IMG/VR virus record: IMGVR_UViG_3300019874_000001
Coordinates: 1-40,176 of that record
DNA from: a virus
Taxonomy: Duplodnaviria > Caudoviricetes
DNA length: 40,176 bases
Direction: 5' to 3' (one strand)
Shown here: positions 26,561 to 34,593 of the stretch, one piece after another
Numbering within the stretch: the first letter of the stretch is position 1
How the letters are laid out: each line of letters starts with the position of its first letter
The notes under the pieces: generated by a model
The model's database searches: none
What the model was told of the DNA's origin: nothing
The model's input: the letters and a program-made list of their open reading frames with translations, nothing else
Made by a program: the position numbers and the translations under genes

Positions 26561-26579
26561 TTGTAAATCCGCTTTACAT
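26561..26579. repeat. 19-bp repeat with palindromic core, copy 2
   Basis: Identical to 16260..16278; directly upstream of the RBS of 25879..26550. Confidence 0.8.
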
Positions 26580-26589
26580 TACATTTTTA

Positions 26590-26871
26590 TCAAGATATGA
26601 GTGTCCACACAACAATATTAGGACTTGTCCTAGATGTCATAATCCAAGCCATATCTGTATCAGTTCTTACAGCTATATCGCCAATGGAGAATATAGAGTT
26701 CCTTTGGTCATTAGCGGCAGGATCTGCACCTGTGAGTACATTTTTCTTAATGCCTAGATTCAAAGCTCCTACGATATCGCTATACATCTGAGATAATTGA
26801 TTAGATAGCGTAGGTGATAACTCTCTAACTTCTGCACCAAAGTTCTTATATTGCGGTAAGTTAAAAGTCAT
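26590..26871 (-). CDS. Small tail protein
   Basis: Coupled to the nozzle gene. Confidence 0.6.
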   Translation of the reverse strand: MTFNLPQYKNFGAEVRELSPTLSNQLSQMYSDIVGALNLGIKKNVLTGADPAANDQRNSIFSIGDIAVRTDTDMAWIMTSRTSPNIVVWTLIS

Positions 26872-29300
26872 ATTAATCTTCCCATAGGTTGCAATCCTGG
26901 CATCATAGCGTGAACTTTTATCTGCGCCCCGGCTTGGTTGTTTCTCATCCTAAATTGCAGGAATTTACCTACTTGGTTAATCCAAATCTTAACCCATTTC
27001 TTGCCACCCTTTTCGTTATTGATAGGCGAGCAATCTATGCGATATTTGAACTGAGGATCAGAAAAGTCCGTATCTTCGTTATTATTCACTAAAACATCTA
27101 TATCAAGAAATGCCGGTACAGGCTCCCCATCTTCATCTGTCAAAATCGTATCTGCAGTGCTGACGTAGAAGTATATCCATCCGCATTTGATTTTTTTATC
27201 AGAGTCTACCCAAGGATTAAGCTTCTTAGTAACGGCCTCTAGAGGAATAGTCCTAGTAGCCTGACCTCCTGAAACGTAAGTGCTAAAACCTGTAAAATCC
27301 TGACCGAAGTCTACAGTGAAAGTATTGTAAGGCGTATCTATAGAGATAATAGGAGCTTGTTTATGATTAGCTTCAGTCGTTCCAACTATTGCTTCAAAAG
27401 CAATGAAGTCGCCAACTTCATAGTTATTCCAATCTGTAGTCACCTGTAGCGTTTGTGTGTCTATTACTACAATATCTCTAATCATCTGAGGGTTATCTTC
27501 AGATTCGGTATCGTTAAGCTTCCATATCTCTCCCTTATGTCCTCCTCCTATTGCTATAGGGTTGCCTTTGTCAAAAGGAAAAGCATTCCAGTTACCATAT
27601 TGCGCAGACAAAGCATCCCAATTCGGAAACCCATTTGCAGCAGTAAGATTGCTCCAAAGAATAGTGAAAGCTGCCTGAAAGTTACCCATGCATGAAAGAG
27701 GTATGCGATAGATAGCAAAGTTATCTTCTTCAAAGTTTGTCACTAAGATTCTATCGCTAGAGCCTGAAGGAACGTTAGGCAGTTTCGGTATTCCGCTAGA
27801 AGGGTAAAGCAAGTAAACATCTCTATCTTCATCAATAAACCCAGAGAAGCAGGCAGTGAAATTTCCTCCATCAATATCATTAAAGGAAAACTGAGGAATA
27901 TTGTTATCCATCCTATCTACCTGATAGCCATCGCAGAGTATAAGCCCTCTAGGACTTGCTGCCATAGTGCGATTGAGGTAGCTAATGACAGAAAAAGCGG
28001 CAGCAGAGCCTCTACTAGAATCTATGCGCTGTAGGTTGAAAGGAGTTACATCATTGTTTGTATACTTTAGAACCCATGTAGCTGCTTCAGTGAAGAATAA
28101 TAAATCATCTCTATTAGCTGCTGCTCCAAAGAACCAGGTATTGTCAGGTATGTCGATGAATCCTGCACCTGGAGCAGTAAGATCAAAGTTATCTGTATTA
28201 GCTCCAAAGCCGGAAACTCTTATCCTTCTAGGATAGAGTACTCCTCCCTCTATAGTTCCAAATAATACAAGCCTATCTTTGAACTCAAATATCTGCCGGG
28301 CATTAAGAGTCCCTCCAGCAAAAGTAGGTGCATAGTCAGTGATTACACTTCCATCATATTGCTGAATTACATTGCCTACTACCCCATTGGCAAACAAAAG
28401 CCTAGGAACGCTAGTAGCGCTTTCATAGTTAACCCATGACCAAAAGTCTTTAGAGTTACCATTATAAGAGCCTGCAGGGATGTCTACTAAGGTATCTGTA
28501 GCAGGAACGTACTTATTGACATACCTTGTGTCTGCTACAATAAGCTCCCTAACGTTATTAGTCGGATAAAAGTTCATTATCCCCATTACCGGAAGTCCTG
28601 GAAAGAAATCAGAAGTGATAGTGATAGCAACGCCTATAGCGACTACGGCATTGAAGGTAATGCTTATGGCTCCTGTATCATAATCTACAGTTCCTGAGCC
28701 TCCTGCAGGCGTAGTAATAAAGCCACCAAGTCCATCATCAACGGCAGATTGCGCTCCTGCAGTAATAACTACAGTGCCTCGACGTAATGGCAGATTTGTC
28801 AGGGTATTGCTATAAGGTCCAGCCGTTCCATTGCCTACAGCAAAGTTGCCATAAGTCACAGTAATAGTAGAAGCTACGGCAGGAGGAGCTGTAAAGACTA
28901 AAGCAATAGCTCCAGTGACATAGTTTACAGTTCCTGTCCCATCGCCAGTAAGTCCTCCTATGCCATCATCTGTAACAACTTGGACAGGGTTAGAGCCATT
29001 AATTGTCAAACTTCCTGGAATTACGGGAGGAGTGACTTGAATTGCATAGGTGTCATTAGCGCCATCAATGACTCCTGTAACGGTATACGCAAAAGTGATG
29101 TTATGGACCATTCTACTTTCTGTGTATGTAGAAGTCTTTCCTGTAGCAAATCCAGAATAGCCGTCTCTTTTGTTAGTCACTCCTCTATAGACATAGCCAT
29201 CTAGCAGATCAGTAAAAGCATCATTAGGCAATAGCCAAGGCTGAAGCTCTCTGTCATAACCTGTCTTATAGTTGGATATTAGAAATGATTGATAACTCAT
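26868..29300 (-). CDS. Tail nozzle/stabilisation protein (P22 gp10 / T7 gp12-like position)
   Basis: 810 aa, beta-propeller-like repeats (FKDRLVLF..., RRIRVS), synteny. Confidence 0.75.
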   Translation of the reverse strand: MSYQSFLISNYKTGYDRELQPWLLPNDAFTDLLDGYVYRGVTNKRDGYSGFATGKTSTYTESRMVHNITFAYTVTGVIDGANDTYAIQVTPPVIPGSLTINGSNPVQVVTDDGIGGLTGDGTGTVNYVTGAIALVFTAPPAVASTITVTYGNFAVGNGTAGPYSNTLTNLPLRRGTVVITAGAQSAVDDGLGGFITTPAGGSGTVDYDTGAISITFNAVVAIGVAITITSDFFPGLPVMGIMNFYPTNNVRELIVADTRYVNKYVPATDTLVDIPAGSYNGNSKDFWSWVNYESATSVPRLLFANGVVGNVIQQYDGSVITDYAPTFAGGTLNARQIFEFKDRLVLFGTIEGGVLYPRRIRVSGFGANTDNFDLTAPGAGFIDIPDNTWFFGAAANRDDLLFFTEAATWVLKYTNNDVTPFNLQRIDSSRGSAAAFSVISYLNRTMAASPRGLILCDGYQVDRMDNNIPQFSFNDIDGGNFTACFSGFIDEDRDVYLLYPSSGIPKLPNVPSGSSDRILVTNFEEDNFAIYRIPLSCMGNFQAAFTILWSNLTAANGFPNWDALSAQYGNWNAFPFDKGNPIAIGGGHKGEIWKLNDTESEDNPQMIRDIVVIDTQTLQVTTDWNNYEVGDFIAFEAIVGTTEANHKQAPIISIDTPYNTFTVDFGQDFTGFSTYVSGGQATRTIPLEAVTKKLNPWVDSDKKIKCGWIYFYVSTADTILTDEDGEPVPAFLDIDVLVNNNEDTDFSDPQFKYRIDCSPINNEKGGKKWVKIWINQVGKFLQFRMRNNQAGAQIKVHAMMPGLQPMGRLI

Positions 29301-29911
29301 GTCTTAGACCGCCAGAAGACTTTATAGTTCCAGACACCTAGAAATGGCGCACCGCTTCCATTATTTTCGACTGTTAAATTAAGACCACTAGCTCCTGTGC
29401 CATCGAAGCCTAATTGTAAAATTGCTGAAGCTGATGCTCCGGTTGCATATTTTTGAGCATATGAATATCCATTAACAACAGTTGCATCAGATACAAAATT
29501 ACCGGTTTGTATAAATCGCCCTTTCCATAGAAAAACTTCTCCAAATACGTTAGCAGGGATTGCAGTGATAGTATAAAAGGTTGCATTAGCTACTATATTT
29601 ACAGTGCCTGTTATCACCGTTGGCGCAGGAGTAAGGGTATATTCAAAACCTGCATCGTTCATGTAGAATAGATTAATAAATCCATCTGGACCCATCTTTG
29701 CATAAAGTCTCCCAGTTGCAGCTAATGCTCCAGAAGGTGCTTGCTGAGTCAAATGTATTAGATTGTGGTACCCATCGTTAGCTAAGGCTGCAAGATTAAA
29801 CTGATGGTCTGCACCTACAATGGTTCGCAATCTAGTCATATTTGTCTGATTCTGCGCAGGAAAAAGCGAAGGAGAATCACTATTTAGAGGAACAGCAGCA
29901 TTGAAACTCAT
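29297..29911 (-). CDS. Tail-associated structural protein
   Basis: Position and composition. Confidence 0.6.
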   Translation of the reverse strand: MSFNAAVPLNSDSPSLFPAQNQTNMTRLRTIVGADHQFNLAALANDGYHNLIHLTQQAPSGALAATGRLYAKMGPDGFINLFYMNDAGFEYTLTPAPTVITGTVNIVANATFYTITAIPANVFGEVFLWKGRFIQTGNFVSDATVVNGYSYAQKYATGASASAILQLGFDGTGASGLNLTVENNGSGAPFLGVWNYKVFWRSKT

Positions 29912-29920
29912 TGTAAATCC

Positions 29921-30688
29921 TTAAAAATCTGGTCCTGTTCTTTGTGAAGACAATTGATTCCAAGTACGGGCCACTACCTGACCTCTATAGCGTCTATAAA
30001 CTTGGTAAACTTCGTTATATCTATCCATCTCACCGTAGTCGCTTAAGATATCTAAAGCAGCTCCATAGGCGAAATATCTGGTGAGGTAAGCTCTTGGAGC
30101 ATTCTTAAGTGTAGGAGTATTTACGGTCCCTGTTCCTGCAAGGATAGAACCTGCATTATCAAGAGATCCTCCGGCAAAAGAGTAGTCGATCTTATAAGCT
30201 GCAATTCTGACGTTATACTCTTGATTCGGCGGTCCGCGAAAAGTCAGCTCGTTGTTATAATACAAAACTGCTGTAGGCTGCTGAGGAGTGAAGACATTAG
30301 CCCAAGGCCAGCGATAATAGAAATCTCTAGGATCTTCATACCAAAATAGCGTAAAGGTGTTGGGATTAAGCGCTACATCGGTATATGAGATATATGCTGG
30401 CGAGTTGATAGAGCTAAAGCCTAGATCATCTAAATCTACGGGAAAAGGGTCTGCAGTGGTTGGATCTATAGTAAAATCCCACCAAGTTCTATTCTCAAAA
30501 ATCTGTACTTCTTGAGGATGCTCTTGCTGCATAAAGGCATTGAGATAATCTATCATGATAGCATCAGTAAAGGCCGGATCACTTCTATCGACCCGACCTG
30601 TTACATTTCTCAATATCTGCAAAATATTCGAACCGTTATCGCCATCTAAAGGTTGGAATAAGACAGGTCCTGTTGGAATATTTGCCAT
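29921..30688 (-). CDS. Head-tail adaptor protein
   Basis: Helical termini (IDYLN; YFAYGAALDIL) around a beta core; synteny. Confidence 0.7.
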   Translation of the reverse strand: MANIPTGPVLFQPLDGDNGSNILQILRNVTGRVDRSDPAFTDAIMIDYLNAFMQQEHPQEVQIFENRTWWDFTIDPTTADPFPVDLDDLGFSSINSPAYISYTDVALNPNTFTLFWYEDPRDFYYRWPWANVFTPQQPTAVLYYNNELTFRGPPNQEYNVRIAAYKIDYSFAGGSLDNAGSILAGTGTVNTPTLKNAPRAYLTRYFAYGAALDILSDYGEMDRYNEVYQVYRRYRGQVVARTWNQLSSQRTGPDF

Positions 30689-30697
30689 TGATGATCC

Positions 30698-31192
30698 TTA
30701 TGCGAATTCTAGTACGTTGCAAGAGAAGCGATTGCGCTCTCCTACCTGTTTAGTCTCTGTATGTACTGCATTGCCATGTTCGCTCTTAACTTCTGCAAAG
30801 ACAGGTACGGCTAAGTTATTCAAAAACTTAATGACAGGGATGGGTAATTCGTAAGTTCCACCGGCTTTCAATTGCCCTTTCCAGTCGATGTCTTTATTCC
30901 TTACACGCACTTTCAAGACATTCTCTGGCTGGTCGAATCTTTGGAATTTAATCTTAACTTTCTTATGAAAGCTTTCATCGGGGACTTTGATACTCATCTT
31001 ATTGCGTTCATGGAGACATAATCTGTTATGTTTTCTAACATGAGCGTTATAGATGGCAAAGTCTTCAATCTTCTCTAACTTGAAAGAATCAAAGTCAAAG
31101 GGCTCTAGCTTCTCTCTGCCTGGGATATCCATGCCTTTGAGCGTTGCTGCCTCGATGATTTCTGAGTCTTTTTCTCTTTGTGTTTTTTTCAT
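30698..31192 (-). CDS. Hypothetical head-associated protein
   Basis: GAGGA RBS; position. Confidence 0.65.
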   Translation of the reverse strand: MKKTQREKDSEIIEAATLKGMDIPGREKLEPFDFDSFKLEKIEDFAIYNAHVRKHNRLCLHERNKMSIKVPDESFHKKVKIKFQRFDQPENVLKVRVRNKDIDWKGQLKAGGTYELPIPVIKFLNNLAVPVFAEVKSEHGNAVHTETKQVGERNRFSCNVLEFA

Positions 31193-31208
31193 TTTTCCTC
31201 AAGTAAAT

Positions 31209-31233
31209 GGGTGAGGACTTAATGTCCCCACCC
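31209..31233 (-). terminator. Stem-loop after the capsid and decoration genes
   Basis: GGGUGGGGAC-AUUAA-GUCCUCACCC followed by AUUUACUU. Confidence 0.55.
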
Positions 31234-31240
31234 TGGTTTT

Positions 31241-31990
31241 TTAAGCTACATCGCCAAGGTTGAAATAGGCGTTGAACTTAGTTGCAACGAAGTAAATTAC
31301 ATCGTTATCTGCACCCATAACTGCAGATCCAAGAGTTAGGCGATACTGAATCGGATAATCTTGAATAGCGTTCTGAGGAGCTGGGAAATTGGACTGAGAG
31401 CTAACTTGTCCAAGAAGAGGAGCAATCTTAGTGACTTGTCCGCTAGATGAATAAGCTCCTACTACTGTGATAGGCAGGCCGAAAGTGTCATACAACGCAA
31501 AAGTAGTCGCTGAAAGCACACGAACTACATAGGTATTGTTATTTAACTCTGCTGCTGCCGTTCCAATTACTTTAGTAATAACTACACGATCATAATCAGA
31601 AAGATTATGGTTCGCAGAAGTTGTTACCACTCCTGGAGTAGCTGTAGTAATACCTGTGATTACCAAATGTTCATTGGCAAATCCACCAGTTGTGTTAGCA
31701 ATCGTAATACCGTTGGTTGTCTCTAAGACAGAAGACAAATCGGTAGTCCCTCGTGATACGATAAGAGCATCCCCTGCAGGAAAGTCTCTAAACCAAACAC
31801 CCGAAAGGTTGCTTGCATTAGTTGCATATTTCGTGTAGTTGTACCATTCAAGCTTATCTGCCTGCCAAGGTAGAACTAAGTTGTATGCCGCACCTGCTGA
31901 TTGCAGATAGCCGGCATATGTATTCGTCACTTGACCAAGCTCTCTCAAGCCTGTAAAGACGTTTAATGCTGTTCCAATTGGAGCTGTCAT
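31241..31990 (-). CDS. Probable capsid decoration protein with E1-FCCH-like domain
   Basis: ITGITTATPGVVTTSANHNLSDYDRVVI...ELNNNTYVV...TTFALYD; follows MCP. Confidence 0.7.
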   Translation of the reverse strand: MTAPIGTALNVFTGLRELGQVTNTYAGYLQSAGAAYNLVLPWQADKLEWYNYTKYATNASNLSGVWFRDFPAGDALIVSRGTTDLSSVLETTNGITIANTTGGFANEHLVITGITTATPGVVTTSANHNLSDYDRVVITKVIGTAAAELNNNTYVVRVLSATTFALYDTFGLPITVVGAYSSSGQVTKIAPLLGQVSSQSNFPAPQNAIQDYPIQYRLTLGSAVMGADNDVIYFVATKFNAYFNLGDVA

Positions 31991-31993
31991 ATT

Positions 31994-32734
31994 TTATCCT
32001 TTTGTACTTCTAAGGTTTACGCACCATGAGTCGTCCAAGATCACTGACCCTAAACGGCCCTTCCAACCCATCGTTTGTCTTTGATTTAACGGGTCCTGAC
32101 CAGCGCCAAGAGGCTTGATGATCATTTCCATAGATTGATCGTCAATCATGATTCTTCCGTAAGCGTTAGCTGCAAAAAGCATGTTTGAGTATACTGCAGG
32201 GGCTACCGTAACATCTTTATATCCCTCAGATGTCATGACAAGGCGAACCTCATCACATGAGCCAAGCTCACTTTCAAGAACACTCTGCTGACGGGGATAA
32301 TCGGCAGTAGCCAAAAAATTCGCCAAATTCTTGAAATCTGTACGTAAATCGGTGCTAATTATCATCCAAAAAGCGGCCCAAACTGGGGCAGTCCCGAAGG
32401 CATTTGTTCCCTCCTGATTAGGTGACAGCTTCTTTCCGTTGTTTTCAGTAACGTAATCAACTGCTAACTCTAAGTCAGTAGTAGTGACCTCTGTGATAGC
32501 GTTACCATTGACTCCGTTAAGGCAGTCGATCTGCGCTGAGGTAGCTACAAGCATATTTCTTACTATTTTGTCGTAAGTACTTGCCATGTTCTGTGCAAGC
32601 ATATCTGCCACTTCGTTAGCTGTCTGATCTTGAACGGTGATGATTACATCATCGCTAAGCTCAACAACTTTACCGTATTGCGATACAGTCGCTGTGATGT
32701 CGAATTTAGTCACTTGCTCAGCGTTTGGTGTTAC
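31994..32734 (-). CDS. Major capsid protein (N4-gp56 family), exon 2
   Basis: VTP...QYG....SD, ELGSCDEVR, DPLNQRQTMGWK motifs. Confidence 0.9.
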   Translation of the reverse strand, partial: VTPNAEQVTKFDITATVSQYGKVVELSDDVIITVQDQTANEVADMLAQNMASTYDKIVRNMLVATSAQIDCLNGVNGNAITEVTTTDLELAVDYVTENNGKKLSPNQEGTNAFGTAPVWAAFWMIISTDLRTDFKNLANFLATADYPRQQSVLESELGSCDEVRLVMTSEGYKDVTVAPAVYSNMLFAANAYGRIMIDDQSMEMIIKPLGAGQDPLNQRQTMGWKGRLGSVILDDSWCVNLRSTKG

Positions 32735-33053
32735 CATTCTGTTACTTCAGCTCTCGCCTACTGACCATTTCTGGCGGAGAAACCTCTTCGGATCTCTCTC
32801 ACTATGTTTCCATAGTGTTCAGACTATCGCTTCCTCTTTCGAGGTCTTCTCACTTAGTCGTTCAGGCTGGATAAGATCTACAATCCAACAATCACAAAAA
32901 ACACATTTGCATTTGCATTTCTCGCAAAGCATCTGTGACATCATTTCAATTATTGGATCACGCATATATTATCCTTGCCCCTTGTCTTCCTTCTGCTTAC
33001 GCAGCGAGGAGTTCCAAGTCAATCAGAGAAGATTTATAGAGAGCATACATTTT
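32735..33053 (-). ncRNA. Group I self-splicing intron (319 nt) in the major capsid gene
   Basis: P1 AGAGGGU/GCUCUCU with U.G at the splice site; P3 UCUUCUC/GAGAAGA; P7 GACUA/UAGUC; P8 and P9 GAAA hairpins; terminal G; removal restores LTEG-VTP in frame. Confidence 0.93.
32819..32965 (-). CDS. Intron-encoded 48-aa Cys-rich mini-ORF
   Basis: MRDPIIEMMSQMLCEKCKCKCVFCDCWIVDLIQPERLSEKTSKEEAIV; AAGGA RBS; starts in the P6a loop. Confidence 0.45.
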   Translation of the reverse strand: MRDPIIEMMSQMLCEKCKCKCVFCDCWIVDLIQPERLSEKTSKEEAIV

Positions 33054-33257
33054 ACCCTCTGTTAATGGTGTCAACGCATCAGCTAAGTTATCAAACCTAC
33101 GGAAGATAGCGTTCTTGCTATTCTTCTGCGGAATACGTCTCTCTTGAGCAAAATACCCATAGACGTAGTAAGGCTGGTGTCTATCCAGCAAAATGTTATC
33201 GAAGAACAAGTTGACTTCTGGGTCTACTTGTACTGTCGTTGTTGTACCGGCGGCCAT
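33054..33257 (-). CDS. Major capsid protein (N4-gp56 family), exon 1
   Basis: IPQKNSKNAIFRRF.....TPLTEG N-terminal motif; AGGAG RBS; spliced product 314 aa. Confidence 0.9.
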
Positions 33258-33304
33258 ATTTATCTCCTAGTCAAAATATGTTTTGACAAGAGCGGCAAAA
33301 AAAA

Positions 33305-33931
33305 TTATGCCTGACCTTGGAGCACCTTCTGTCGATATTCCCTAAACTCTTTTTTGCCTTGGATGCTTTTAAGATATTCAGTCCCACTCGGCTGCGCAGA
33401 CTTCCCGACTTCTACAGGAGATCTAGGCTTTTGAGAGTTCTCTACTATTCTTTTAGCATCTAATGATCCACTTCTCTGCTTAGGTTTATCCTCAAGCAAA
33501 TGCATGTAATCATCGACAATTTCACTGGCTCTAGCCAGCCTGTTTACGGCACTATCAACACTCGCTGCTAACCAAGGCTTCTTGTCTAAAATTGGTTTCA
33601 AATAAGTGTTAATCTTTTGAACAGCCTCGGGATTCATATCTTGATAGACCTGCTCGAGAATCTCTCTTTTTGTTAGAGCTTTCTCTTCTCTGAAAGATCC
33701 CTTAGTCACTAATGCTTCTGGGTCTTCCTCTTCTTCAGGCTCTGAGGGCTTTTTCGCCATCATCTCTTCATACACTCTATTGCGTACTTCAAGGTCTTGG
33801 CGCTTCTTCCTTTCTGCCTGTAAAGCAGCAAGAGGAACCATCGTTGGCTCTTCCTGATGTTTTTCCTGAGACTCGACTTCAGCTTGCTCGGAGACAGCCG
33901 CTGTAATGTCTTCTTGTTCTTCTATTGTCAT
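33305..33931 (-). CDS. Scaffolding protein
   Basis: Acidic N-terminus, VPLAALQAERKKRQ coil, directly upstream of MCP. Confidence 0.75.
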   Translation of the reverse strand: MTIEEQEDITAAVSEQAEVESQEKHQEEPTMVPLAALQAERKKRQDLEVRNRVYEEMMAKKPSEPEEEEDPEALVTKGSFREEKALTKREILEQVYQDMNPEAVQKINTYLKPILDKKPWLAASVDSAVNRLARASEIVDDYMHLLEDKPKQRSGSLDAKRIVENSQKPRSPVEVGKSAQPSGTEYLKSIQGKKEFREYRQKVLQGQA

Positions 33932-33953
33932 TGGACTCCCTTTATTCCTACCG

Positions 33954-34328
33954 TTACTTCGGTAGCAAGATTGTTGAACCCGTTACATTCCCGCCGGTTA
34001 CACGGATGGACTTTCCTAATGTTGGAAAACTTAACAAATCCCCAGGGTGCATGACCCAAAGAAGTGTTTTGATTCCTCGTGTATTGTCCACTTCATACAC
34101 GAAGCTTTGTTTGATGATTCCAGGCTTTTCATCACAGGCTTGTAAAAACGGCCTGACGATGTCTTTGCCTTTCTTTTTCTCAATAACTGCCTTACCAAGA
34201 ATCCAGTACTTTTCCTTGTGTTTGTTATCTACAAGGATCTTCTCGAGCATATGATTGAAATGAGAAGTGATACCTTCTCTTGTCTCAACATGCTTCTGTA
34301 ACTGAACACTGGCAGGCGTTATTAGCAT
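33954..34328 (-). CDS. Hypothetical protein
   Basis: ORF in head operon. Confidence 0.65.
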   Translation of the reverse strand: MLITPASVQLQKHVETREGITSHFNHMLEKILVDNKHKEKYWILGKAVIEKKKGKDIVRPFLQACDEKPGIIKQSFVYEVDNTRGIKTLLWVMHPGDLLSFPTLGKSIRVTGGNVTGSTILLPK

Positions 34329-34585
34329 GGTTGTCCTCTAAGAGATTCTTTCTTAGCTTCTTCGTCTTTAGCACTCATTGCTTTTATACGATCTGAGTTA
34401 CCATAGCCAGGACCGATTGCGGAACCTTTCTTTGGAACACTCAATGGATTGTTTTTAGTGCTATATTCACCAAATGCTTTTGCACCTGCGGAGCCTTGAG
34501 GTGGTTGATAACCTGGGTTATTTTGACCACCATATGTCTCCATACGAGGCATCATCTGCTTTGATGTAGCTGTACCTTTAGCCAT
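34322..34585 (-). CDS. Hypothetical low-complexity protein
   Basis: ORF directly after portal. Confidence 0.65.
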   Translation of the reverse strand: MAKGTATSKQMMPRMETYGGQNNPGYQPPQGSAGAKAFGEYSTKNNPLSVPKKGSAIGPGYGNSDRIKAMSAKDEEAKKESLRGQPC

Positions 34586-34593
34586 ATGTTTAC

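Noticed and set aside
32637-33065. 142-aa plus-strand ORF
   Set aside because: Antisense shadow of the intron and capsid exons with no recognisable motif.
31994-33257. Capsid pseudogene, intein, frameshift or two separate genes
   Set aside because: The 319-nt insert is not a multiple of three, contains stops, and has a full group I core with precise splice sites.
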